The notes beneath the pieces are model-generated. The model did no database searches, was not told where the DNA came from, and saw only the letters and a program-made list of their open reading frames with translations. Both the position numbers and the translations under genes were made by a program. This document shows positions 13,701 to 25,900 of a stretch of DNA of 64,000 bases, piece by piece. Numbering within the stretch: position 1 is the first letter of the stretch; every line of letters starts with the position of its first letter. Source of the DNA: Trichoplax adhaerens (taxonomy: Eukaryota; Animalia; Placozoa); assembly GCF_000150275.1 (NCBI RefSeq), contig NW_002060953.1, positions 717,693 through 781,692 on the forward strand, given 5' to 3'.

Positions 13701-14984
13701 ATACATGTATACTAGTGTACCCGGGCTAAATACCCCCGTTGAAAATTTTCTGATGCTTTATGTTGCAAATATGATACCAAGAAAGCAATCTTTGCTCAGG
13801 CTTTAAAATTAGTAATTTAGAAAATAAAAAACAAACAAACATGATTTTAAATCCATATAACTACAAATTTGAAATCAGTGATACTTTCACATTTCTAAGC
13901 AGCACTTCAAATTAAGGTGGCTCAGGGTAACTTTAAAATTAGCGTAATTTTGGTAGTTTATTGCTCAGGACTAGTACATCACAGCAACTACACATCATTT
14001 CACCTACGGCAATGAAGTCAAAATATATGAAAGCTGTAGTTCCTAAATTACGATCCAGTAGCACCCAGTAGAAGGCCATCTTGAGCGTAGAAATAAGGTA
14101 ATAAGAGCAGTTAGAGCTAGTATTGCGGTAGTATATGATAATCTAAAAATCAGTAAATTAGAAGCTTACTGATGTATATATATAGTTAGCAATAGATGAA
14201 ATACGATATGTTAACCATAAAGGCATAAATAAAAGGAAACACTGTATATGTACGTATGTAATACTACTTCCCTATATTAACTACAATCAACTCACAAGAA
14301 TGAGTAAGACTCGGTTAATATAAAAAGTTTATTACGATGTTAAAATACAGGCATTAAAAACTACGGATATAATATCAAAAGAATATCTATGTCTTCTTCA
14401 AGCTAACCTATGAATGAATCTATCTACCTCTACAATTATATTAGCCTCCTTATATATCTATCTTTGATGTAAATATTTACATCAAAACTCTATCACAATT
14501 TTCCCTCCCTCAATTTTTCCTCTATCACAATTTTACACCGCTACATCTTTCCGATTCCCACCAATAGATAATTAATAGCAGATATAGCGCTAACATAGGA
14601 AGAACTGACACCATGTTCCACACAACTAGAGACAATTTAATATTACCGTTACAACGTATATGATGATTGTATGGTAGTACTTGTAATACAGTAAGTGATA
14701 ACATTGTAAAAGGCGGACCGATAAGTTACTAATTGTAGTGCGAAGTATAAATTGTAATCGTATCGAGGTATAACCTCGTGTAGCTATAAATACCGATCAA
14801 CTAATAATAAAATGCGGTTATCAATCTTATTATTGAAGAACATAACACTTACCCCAATAGGAAATTGGAAATTACATGACGTCTTGACAGTATAATAAAA
14901 TTGCGAATATTTACTGTCTAATAACCTAACTATCATTCCATTTTTAGTATCTAATAACTAAATGTGCTCCAGCACTTCTATCAG

Positions 14985-15650
14985 CGACTACTAAAAATTA
15001 TCTTCACTTTCGTCATTTTAGTAATCCTTGGATATGATCTTAATCCTGGAGATTCTGGGCCTAGAAGAATAATTATTGTAGAGCTAGCTTATAAATAATG
15101 ATGCAATTTTACTACTTTTGCCCTTACTTAGTCATACAACTCTGGCAGATAATCTTACCGCAATTCCCTTTTTAATTTACAATAAAAACTGCTTTACTAA
15201 ACAGAGACACTAAAAAATATATACTATTTGGTTATGGTACCCAAAGTAGTCTACTAGCCCCAAGATTATCGTCTAAGAGCTAGAATCATCTGTCTCTTAT
15301 ATTATTTCTATGTTCGATTCGTGTACCAAAACTATGTCGCATGAACACATCGACTGATACGATCTAATCACGGCCATAGTCACTGTGACTTAGCCATACA
15401 ACCCTGACAGATGATCTTATCCCATTCTTTTACTTAATATATAACAAAATTATTACTTCGCTAAGGGCTACTAAAAATTAAGTTGATTGCCTGTTGTTGG
15501 TAATTCGTTTTAAACTGGAGATATCTATCTTAGAAATTTTAGCTCTGATTCATGGATGAGAATCATTAAAGTAGCAAATTGATAAGATCTAATTACCACC
15601 GTAGTCATCACTATTTAGCCTACAACACTAACAGATAATCTTTCTGTTGT
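14985..15650. repeat. Degenerate intergenic tandem repeat, ~3 copies, ~230-260-bp period
   Basis: Core ttag.catacaac.ct..cagat.atctt at ~15127, ~15390 and ~15615; ctactaaaaatta at ~14988 and ~15468. Confidence 0.6.
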
Positions 15651-16532
15651 TCTTTACTTCGTTTTTAATAACTATAGTAAACATTGCTCTCCCTGGAACT
15701 AATAATACCGTACTTTCATTCTTCAGTATACCTTTAGCAATTCTCAGGTGTCTAAGAAATCAAGTGCTGTATATCCTTTGCTCTAAATTTAATCTCTTTT
15801 GCTGTTATTTATTCCTTCTCGTATTAATGTCATCTAATTGAAATCAGCTAATGCAGGCAACAAACTATAATCATCTGCAAATTGTCATAATTATACCAAT
15901 GATACAAACTATGCGTATATCTTGCACTCGTACAGACGCAGAAAATGCTTAAAACTGTTTTTTATTAATTTTAAAAATATGTTTACCGATCTGTTTTACA
16001 AAGTATTACATCAAAACCCAATATCACTTGCATGCAATAAACAGTATCATCCAAGACACCTTCTACATGGGGATGTTCGTATATTAATGTTACAGGAAAA
16101 GTAAGGATTTCAAGTCCTCAATCGGACTGCTTTTTAATATTATCCCCTATCTAGATTCATCTGATGACATAGACGGTAAAAAATACAAAGAATATTTCTT
16201 ATTAACCTAGCAATAATAACTATCTCTATGCTATAATGGGTAATCAGTGTGATGAAATGGATCAATTTATAAAAAAGAATTGACAGCTAATCAGTAGGTA
16301 AGAATTGTAATAGTAGTACTAGGAGTAGTACAAGTAAAAAGGAGTATTAATACTATGACAGTGAACAATTGGGATTAAGTTCATAACCTGTCAAAAATTA
16401 TGAAATGTGTAACAAAACAAATTGAGCGTAATTGAATCTATCACAACGCCAGTAATTCAATTATTGTAAATGGTTAAACAAATTGTAATATCATAGAAAA
16501 TGTATAAAAATCGGTCGAATGGAAATAATCAT

Positions 16533-16927
16533 TTACTGGTAGATATCAGCGTCGTCTTTGCTTTCATAAAGTGGATTGGCTACAGCCGTTTGGCCATCGC
16601 CACTGTTACTTTCTGTTGTTTCGCTGAAATCACGTAGTGTCGGTTCTTTATCATCATCTTGGTAGGCTTCGTAATTTTGATTTCCCAAGGTACGTTTGGT
16701 AAAGATTTGTGTTACTGATCCCCTACGGATAAAAAAAGAGTTAGAAATACAGGATTAATAAAAGTTGTTTGTTGATAGGGCATGCAATAAGAAGATTAAA
16801 GTAAGGCATAAATTGTGCATCATATTGTTAAAAGCTTACAATTTATCCGCTCTGTACATATAGAAAATTCCACCGATCAGAGCTACTGCAATAAGAGAAC
16901 CAATGACTGCGCCAGCAATAGCTCCTC
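16533..16927 (-). other. Gene B transmembrane exon and cytoplasmic-tail exon
   Basis: [26 protein letters not shown] (TM), then [66 protein letters not shown]. Confidence 0.9.
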
Positions 16928-19900
16928 CTGCAACAGATAGATGAATTGATTAGAGAAACTAGATATCAATGAATCTTAAATTAGTCATGGGGGATATTAG
17001 GCATGCTTTAAAGTCTTACCGTTTGCAGTTTGACTACCAATTTGTGCTACATTAGTTACAAAATAGACAGGAGAAAAGATAACAGTTAAAAATTAAGGAC
17101 TTGCTTTCAAAGTGGATTTGTAATCTTTAAGGAGACAGTATAACACTTACGACAGCCTGCTTCATCAGATGAATCATAGCAATCGGGAAAACCATTACAG
17201 TGTAGGGTGCTGTTAATACAACCGCCATTGTTACCACATTTGAATTCATTAGCAGTACAAGGTCTGTTGAGGACTCCTATGTGGGGTTGGAAATAAGAAT
17301 TGAAGGGTTACGAATTTAGTAAATGTCGACAATATTAGCTTTCAATATTACGTTAAGTTTTATTTAATTTCAATAGATTTACTTGGATGGGTAATATATT
17401 AGATTTAATTGAATTATTATCGAACAAATTGTCCGCGTAGATAACTAGAAGAAAACAGAATAGTGTGAAAACTTACCACAACGGTCTTCATCCATAGCAT
17501 TGTTGCAATCAATGATACCGTCGCAACGCCATGTGTTGGGGATACATACAGTTTTATTATTGATGGGGCATGAGAATGTATAGCTGGGATTGTTACATTG
17601 GTTATTAACTAAGGGCAATGGTACGATTGGTGATCCTTTTATGGATTAAAAGATTGATAAATAGCGTTAGATAAAAATAATGGTTTTATATCGTGGAATA
17701 CTAATGATTTAGTAAGTGATGACGGCTGCAAAAATTACCTCCAACATAACATCCTGGTGTAAAGACAACATCGTCAACGGCCATATCACTGGTGAAACTA
17801 GTACCAAGAACTCCTTGGAATACAGCACGGAAAGGTTGAGCACTGTTGAGCATTGCATTACCTCTGTACCAACTTTGTCCTATTGATCATGAATTAAAAT
17901 TCGATTTTGTTAATAGATGGATGCAACTATACACGTGCGTATTTAACAATTAAGGAAGAAAATCCAACAATAGCGAGTAGAATCATGATGTAATAAACAA
18001 CCTTGATTGCCAGACTTTTGCCAAACTACACTTAGTGTACGATTTAATGTTACGTCCATGATGACAACTTTCAATGTTCCCATAGAAGCACCGTACATAT
18101 TATACCAGAATTTAATCCAGCATACTCCCTGGCTAGCAGGTAAAGTGGGTCCAGCCAAGAAAGCTGTGTCGTAGTCGTTGCGTGGGAATGATGCTTCCGT
18201 AAAAACAAAGTAGCCTATAGAGAAATAAATTTATGCATCAGACAAACTGTTTATCATCCACTTTTAATTTCAATTTTAAGGTTACGATGATAAATGCCAT
18301 CAAGATTGAATTTGGATTGAAAGCTATTGAAAAGCATTTTAATTTCATAACATTTTTCCATTTGTGATTTTCTTAACATTATGTTTTTAACGCTTATTTT
18401 ATATCCTTCAATCTATTTCATGCAGTTACCAGTTGATGTCGATTGTGTAGTGTGATCGTTGTTTGGACCGGTGGAACCAGAGTTTGTTGTCATTGCTCGT
18501 GTCCAGTTGAAATCACCATTGAGCAAGTTGGTGAAGTTACAGAATCCAGTATCGAATGTGCAATCGGCATAGTTGTATTCTATATTAAGAAAAGATGGGG
18601 ATCAATAAATGATTAATTGATCTTGATTAACGTGTATATTTTACACAATTGGTTCTTCGTGGCATTAAACGCTATTAATAAGATTGAAAATTTTGGAATA
18701 TTTACTGCATGCAGATGGAGCCTCGTCGGAACCGTCGGGACAATCATTCTGGCGATCGCACTGCCAAAGTTTAGATATACATTGGCCACTTGTAGCGCAT
18801 TTAAATTCTTGGCGAGTGCAGGCGCGTTGAGCTATGCAAGAAAAAAAAAGAACCCCCGCATTTTAATTTATTTCTAAAGTATAACCATAACGTCATTATT
18901 TTTAGCCAACAGCTTAGTATAAGAATATTATATCCCGAGTACGGAATTGAAAAAAATATTTTCTCTCTCACTTGTAAAACAGTTGTTGAATTGAATATCG
19001 TCCATAGCTAGACCATATAGCCTACTTGATCCGGTTGAACCACCGATTAAAATGCGGAAATTTTGTTGGATGCCAATATTAACGGTGGCTTTTTGCCATG
19101 CTGTTCCCTTGCTATCACCGTTGGTAAAGTATGCCATCTGGATAGTTTGAGTTGAAGTTTGAACATAGACGCCAATGAAATAGTAAGTGTAGATTCTATA
19201 TTTTGCGTACCAGAAAGACATTGTACATTGTGGGCTTGATGCAGCATAGAGTGCGCTTTCTAACATTCCTACGTAACGATTTATTGAAGAGGCACCGGTA
19301 GTCATTGGTCGCATGTACATGTAATAACCAGATGAAGAGTTACTGGTATGATCGATTTTGGGTGCTCGCGAAATAGGATTGGATCCAGCCAGAGTTCTTG
19401 TCCAGTTACGGCGAGATCCGTAGCCAGCATTGTACCAGCCGCAAGTACCAGTATCAAAGTTACAATTGGTGCCACAGTTAGCTTCATCAGAGTTATCACC
19501 ACAGTCATTCTTAAAGTTACAGACAGAACTTCGTGGGATACATTTACCATTTTTACAGCCAAATGAGCTATTGCTACTACAACCTGGGGTTGGGAATCCT
19601 GAATTAGGTGGTCTGACGGTAATACCAGGGATTTGAATATTGCCACCGAATGCACATCCACTTGTAAATGAAATTGCATCAATACCAATGCGTGCTGAGT
19701 ACCTTGTGCCAACAACACCCTCAAAGACTACTTGGAATGGAGCACTACTGACAATCTTGACGGCAACTCTATTCCAGTAGTTAACTGAAGCATTAGCCAC
19801 TGAAAATATCGTGTTCATACCATTTGCTGAAGCACTAGTACGAGTATAAACATTCAGTTGACCACCATTTGTAGCTGGAAGCATAAAGTAGTAGAATCGG

Positions 19901-22900
19901 AGATAACAGTTAGCATTGGATGATGCTGCTTTAAATGGTTGGGATGCAAATCGGCTAACATCGCCAGATAGAGCCGGGTAATAGGTATTTAAGTTCATGT
20001 AATGGCCAGTTGATGCACCAGTATCAACATCTCCACTAGGCCCATTGAATATTAATCCTGTACGACGTATCCAATTGGGCTTGTTAGGCGTATCAAGGTA
20101 GAAATAGCATTCATCCAGCTCAAATCCACATCGACCCATTGCATTCTTGCTGCAAACGCTGTTAGTTTCATCTTGTAGGCCACCACAATCATTGGCATAG
20201 TCACAAACATATTTAGGATCAACGCAATATCCATTACCGCAGGTAAATGTTGTTTGAGGACATACTGGTTGTCGAATAGGTTGTATGCAATTATTCAGTT
20301 TAATATCATCTAAAGCAATATCACCATTGTATAAAAAGCTTCGTGTTCCTCTAAATTGTAATTGGAAACTTTGTCTTTGGCCAACTTTAACACTTACTTG
20401 GTACCAGGTATTAGCTCTACCGCCATTTCTTGTCCATAATTGAGTTAAAGTATTACCTCGCTTAGCATTAAGAGATAATCTGCCAACATGAGAGCCATAC
20501 ATATGATACCAAAAAGATACTACACATTGTGAACCAGTTCCACCGATGATAGGAGAAGTTAATATTGCTACGTCAGTAAATCGGCCAAAAGATGCATCAG
20601 TATAAACATAATAGCCTTGACTAGTACCTAAAGTATGATCAACACTAGGTCCAGTGCTTCCAGTATGAGTAGCACCATTATGGCGTTCCCATTTGAATTT
20701 AATAGCTGTTGAATTGACCGATGTAAATGCACCATTGACAGATTGCGATTGCCAACCGCACATGCTTTGTTCGAATGAACAAGTTTGTTGTATACAAGCA
20801 ACTTCATCACTGTTGTCAGCACAATCTTGTCTGAAATCACAAACTTTAGAGAGTAAAATACATTTACCAGTGCTACGGCAGTTAAATTGTGTATTAAGAT
20901 TGCAAGTATGGGATACAGCAGTTGTTGGTGGTGGTGCAGAAGTGGGTGGAAGTGGTGGAGCATAGGGTAAGGATTGTGTTGTAGACTTGCAAGTTGAAGT
21001 GAAAGAAACATCATCGATTGCGATATCACCAGAGAAACTATCGCCAACAGTAGCTTGGATAACTAATTGTGTCAATTTACCAGATGGTAAAGTCACTGTC
21101 ACTTTACGCCAGATATCACCTTGAGGACCTCTTCTAGCAAAGAGTTGAGTCATAGTTCCGTTACTTTGTGTTCTAGTTAAAATGGCGAAATTGCCAATGG
21201 TCTGACCGTACATATGGTAGTATAAAGTCATTCTACAGTTGCTGGTAGATGTCAGATCAAAAACTGAGCTCAATAGATTAGCAACTTGTCCATATTGCAA
21301 AAGTCCAGATGTTTCTAAGTAGTAGTAATAACCTTTGTAAGTACCAAGAGTGTGATCACGACTGGGGCCAGTATAGACGCTGAATGTAGGTCCAGCTCTT
21401 CGTGTCCAATTCAATTGATCAGTGACTAAATCTTGCGTCAAATAAGCACAATTGGGAGTTTCAAAGTTACATTGCTTATAAGTTGAGCATGAAGCTTCAT
21501 CGGAGTTATCACCACAATCGTTTGTCATATCGCAGACTTGATCATTTGGAATACAGGAACCGCGTTGACAACGGAATTGGCCTAAAGAACAGGTAGGTTG
21601 TGATGGGGCATAAGCGCAATTAATAAAGTTGACATCATCGATTGCAACAGCTCCATCGAAGGCAACAAAATGGAAACCATAGAAAATAATCTATAGAATA
21701 AGAAAATAAATGAAGTATTACTTTTGTATCTATTAGATGTAGCGAGTAGTGTTATTTTAAATTGTCATCGATGTCATTAATATGTAGTTGTACAGACATA
21801 GTATAACTGATTGCTACTAACTGTCATATAGTAACATGCAGTACTATAATCGAACATAGTGTTCGATAGATTAACAGATATTTTAGAGATAGTATGTATA
21901 AGATGCGTATTATTAATACAGCAATGAGTTAGTTCGATAGCATTTTAATACTTTACTAGATCCACAAAATTATGCTCATCTATAACATTAAGGAATGGTA
22001 GGTATTGACTAAAATAGGAAGTCTATATAAGTAAGTACGTGTGTTCATCGAGATAGTTGACATTACATTAATTGCTTACTTGGAATGGTTTAGTTCTGGC
22101 ACCAATGCCTACTGTAGCATTACGCCAACCAGAGGAAATAGTACCTTGTGTTTCCCACAGAATCGTTGGTTGAGTATCGCCTTGATTTAATATGTGTGCT
22201 TGAAGTCTGCCAGGAGAATTTCCGTTGTAATAATACCAAAATTGCAATAAACATTGCGAGCTAGCATGTTGGTACATTCCAGTTGTTATGTTTGTTCGTA
22301 AGTTATTGTAGGGTACACCAGCACTTGGATTGGTAGGCGCAATTACACCACCGTAGTAGACATAGTGGCCATTGCCTGTTCCCGTAGAATGATCAGATCG
22401 AATACTTTGCTTTTCTGCTGCATCATGGGCTAATGCATACTGCCATTTAAAGGTATAAAGTGGATTGGTGCTTTGGGTTACTGTCATGCCGCACATATTT
22501 TTCTCAAAATCACATTGAGATGGACAAGCCCATTCATCCGATCCGTCGCCACAGTCGGCGATGAAATCGCAAGTTTTACTCTTAGGGATGCAGTTACCAT
22601 TATTATAACAACCAAATTGTGTTGATGAACAAGTATTGGGAGCTCGTTGTGTTGGTGTTGAAGTAGTCAATGGAGCAGGTGTAGAAGTGGCTGTCACTGG
22701 GAAAGTACCTGTGAATAGCTGGCATCCTGGTGTGAGTGAAATATCATCGATGGCAATATCACTGGTGAAACTGCTACTAACAGCAGCTTCGATAACGACT
22801 TGGAATGGTTTACTAGATATAAGTGGAACTGATGCACGAAGCCATGATGGTCCCTTGTTGCCGTAAAGACTTAGTCGGGTAGTATAGGTACCACCAATAC

Positions 22901-25900
22901 TTGTTCTATATCGAACTCTAAGGTATCGAACTCTGCTTCCGTACATGTTGTAGAAGAATCGGATACGACAATTGGAAGCACTAGTTGTCGCTGCAATTGG
23001 TTTACTTGCTAATCGAGCGATATCGTTAAAGTTACGACGAGAGCCATCAGCATAGGCATAATTACCGCTATAAGTACCAAGAGTATGATCGCGGTAAGGG
23101 CCAGTGTTAGGTGTTGCTGCGGGGCCATTGGTAATAGACCAATCGAAATCATCGTCCTTAAGATTAGTCCATCCGCAGAATCCAGCTTGGAAATTACATG
23201 TCTGTTGGTAATTAACACAGTTGGTTTCATCATAGCCATCTAAACAATCTTGTGAGAAATCACACAATAAATCTTTGCTAATACAGAAACTGTTTGGACA
23301 GACGATTTGAGATGATGAAGGAGTAACACATTGAGTAGGTACTTTACAACTACTAAATAAAAGATCATCTAGTGCAATATCTCCTTGGAATCCACTGCCA
23401 CGTAATGCTTCAAATTGAAGCTAAAGAAAAAGTCAAAGAAAAAGTGAAAGATATACATTGATATTAGTATAATGTAATTGATTGATCGATTATTTCGTTA
23501 TACTGAGTACATTTATATAGAAGCAATAGCATTAAAAACGCTATAGGGGTAATTAAATTTACCCTGAAGGGTTGTTGTCTTCTGCCTATGGTTACTGCAG
23601 TTCTTGACCAATAATTTCCTCGGTTACCGCTTAATCCCCATAATTGTGCAATGCGCTGACCTTGAGCATTGAGCATGTATAACGCCAGTGAACCAATATC
23701 TTGGCCATACATATGACTATAGAAAGTAAATTTACAGGTTGCAGGTACTGGTTGAATAAGAGGTCCACGTAGATCAGCACGATGGCCAATTCTTCCACCA
23801 GAAACTTCAGTATACATGTACCAGCCTGAGGTAGAGAAAGTAGTATGATCATAGCTAGGTCCTGTACTAATAGATGGAGTGCTGCCTTGACGTCTTGTCC
23901 AGTTAAAGTTATCAGTGTATGAATTTTGCCATCCACATTGTCCGGTTTCGAAAGTACAAGAGCCACAGTTGGCTTCATCAGAACCATCGGAACATTCAGT
24001 AACGAAATTACAAATGGATGACATAGCTAAGCATTTAGATCCTGCATCGCAGCTAAATGTAGTACATTGGCCAGCTGGAGTTGGTGATGCAGTTGGTTGT
24101 CCAGGTAGTACACCGCCAAATTTGCATCCAGGTGTAAATGAAATATCATCAATGGCGATATCACCTTGGAAGCTTGGTCCTACTTTGCCGGTAATAACTA
24201 CTTGATAGGCAGCTGAAGATGTTGGCAAATTGACAGAAGCTTTGATCCATGATGGGCCTTGGTTGCCTGATTTCGACCATTGTTGACTCATAGAGCCAGT
24301 ATAACTTGTTCGTGTTGATACAGTAAGACTACCAACATCCGGTCCAAGCATGTTGTACCAAAATCGCATAATGCAACCGCTAGAAGTTGGCGATAAAATT
24401 GGACTACCAAGGGATGCAGTTTCATTGGGTGATTGAGGGAAAGAAGTTTCAATCATATAATAAGTGCCTAGTGAAGGAGATATGATGATAATTATTAGAT
24501 TGATCAATTCTGTCAAAGTAGATCATGATCATAATGGTAACCAAGGGGATATAGGGATATTCATAATATCCTTAAAGTATATGAAAGTTGAATACTGTAT
24601 AGAGGAAATGGATTTTAGATTTAAAAGCTTACCTGTTGAAGTTCCAGTGGTATGATCAGCTTGGGGTCCTGTACCAGAACTAATGGTACTGCCTTGTTCT
24701 GCTTCCCAATCGAAGTTATCCGATTTCAATTGCATCCAACCACATAAGCCATTTTCGAAATTGCATCTGGTATAGCCAGCTAATTGAAATAAGCAGATAG
24801 AAGTTATAAACTTGTCATCACAACGAATCACCTACTAGGGCTCTTATAACATCTAGATATCTCGAAAAATAATTCGATATTGACTTAAAAGTACTTATGT
24901 AAAGAGATAGTATAATCATCAAAATGCAAAATTTTCGAATTCATTGCTTTAAATGAGCTAGATAATATATCGCTACGTGTGTTTTATTGGATGAAAATTT
25001 GTTACTTACTGCAAGAGTTTTCGTCACTGCTGTCGCAGCAATCCTGACCAAAGTCACATTTGCTACTAACTGGATAGCAGGCGCTATTATCTGCGCATTT
25101 GAGTTGGCCACTTGCACATGTAGTTTGGGTAGTCTTTAAGCAATTATTTAATGATATGTCATCAACGGCGATATCACCTGCCGTTCCAAAGAAATCTGTT
25201 GAACCAATGAAGGAAATCTATCCAAAGAATAAATATAGCATAAATTAAACTGTGACTTAAATTAAAAATGGATAGGGTAGTACACTATTCCATATACCTG
25301 GAATGCTGATGCACAACGTGGAATTGGAATATTTGTAGCTTGTATCCATTTATTGCCTTGACCGTTTGATTTTGACCAAAGTTGTTTTGTTCCTGTAGGA
25401 GATGCAATCTGAACTTTAAGACTACCAATATCGAAGCCGTACATGTGATACCAGAAGGATAAAGTACAGGATAGGCCGGGGTTCTGGTAAAATGGACTGA
25501 TTAGGTAGGCATTATCACTAAATGTTCCGTTATCGGCTTCAACATACATGTACCAGCCTAAGGTAATGATGAATGATCAATTAGACGTAGAAGGCAATTT
25601 CTTGTATGAAAAGCATTAATTATTGCTCAATTACAAGTAGAAGAGCTATCGCTGTTCACACGTCATACAATATAGCTAAATAAGAACAACTTCAACATAG
25701 CACAGCATAGGTCAATATTGCACCGCGCTATAAACTTTGTTCAACATGCTTACCGTTGCCATTTGTATGATCAGTAGTTGGGCCAGTGAATTGGGTTGGA
25801 GTACCACCTCTATTTCTTCTCCATTGGATATCACCAAGTTCTTTAGGACTTTTCCATCCACACATTCCGTTTTCGAAAGTACATGAGCTTGGGCAACTAG

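Noticed and set aside
8755-16104. ORFs 8755-9072, 15647-15841 and 15922-16104 (likewise 35698-35889, 36028-36219, 60291-60590 and 62040-62285)
   Set aside because: AT-rich, low-information translations with no domain or splice support. 62040-62285 is an off-frame read across the gene C signal exon.
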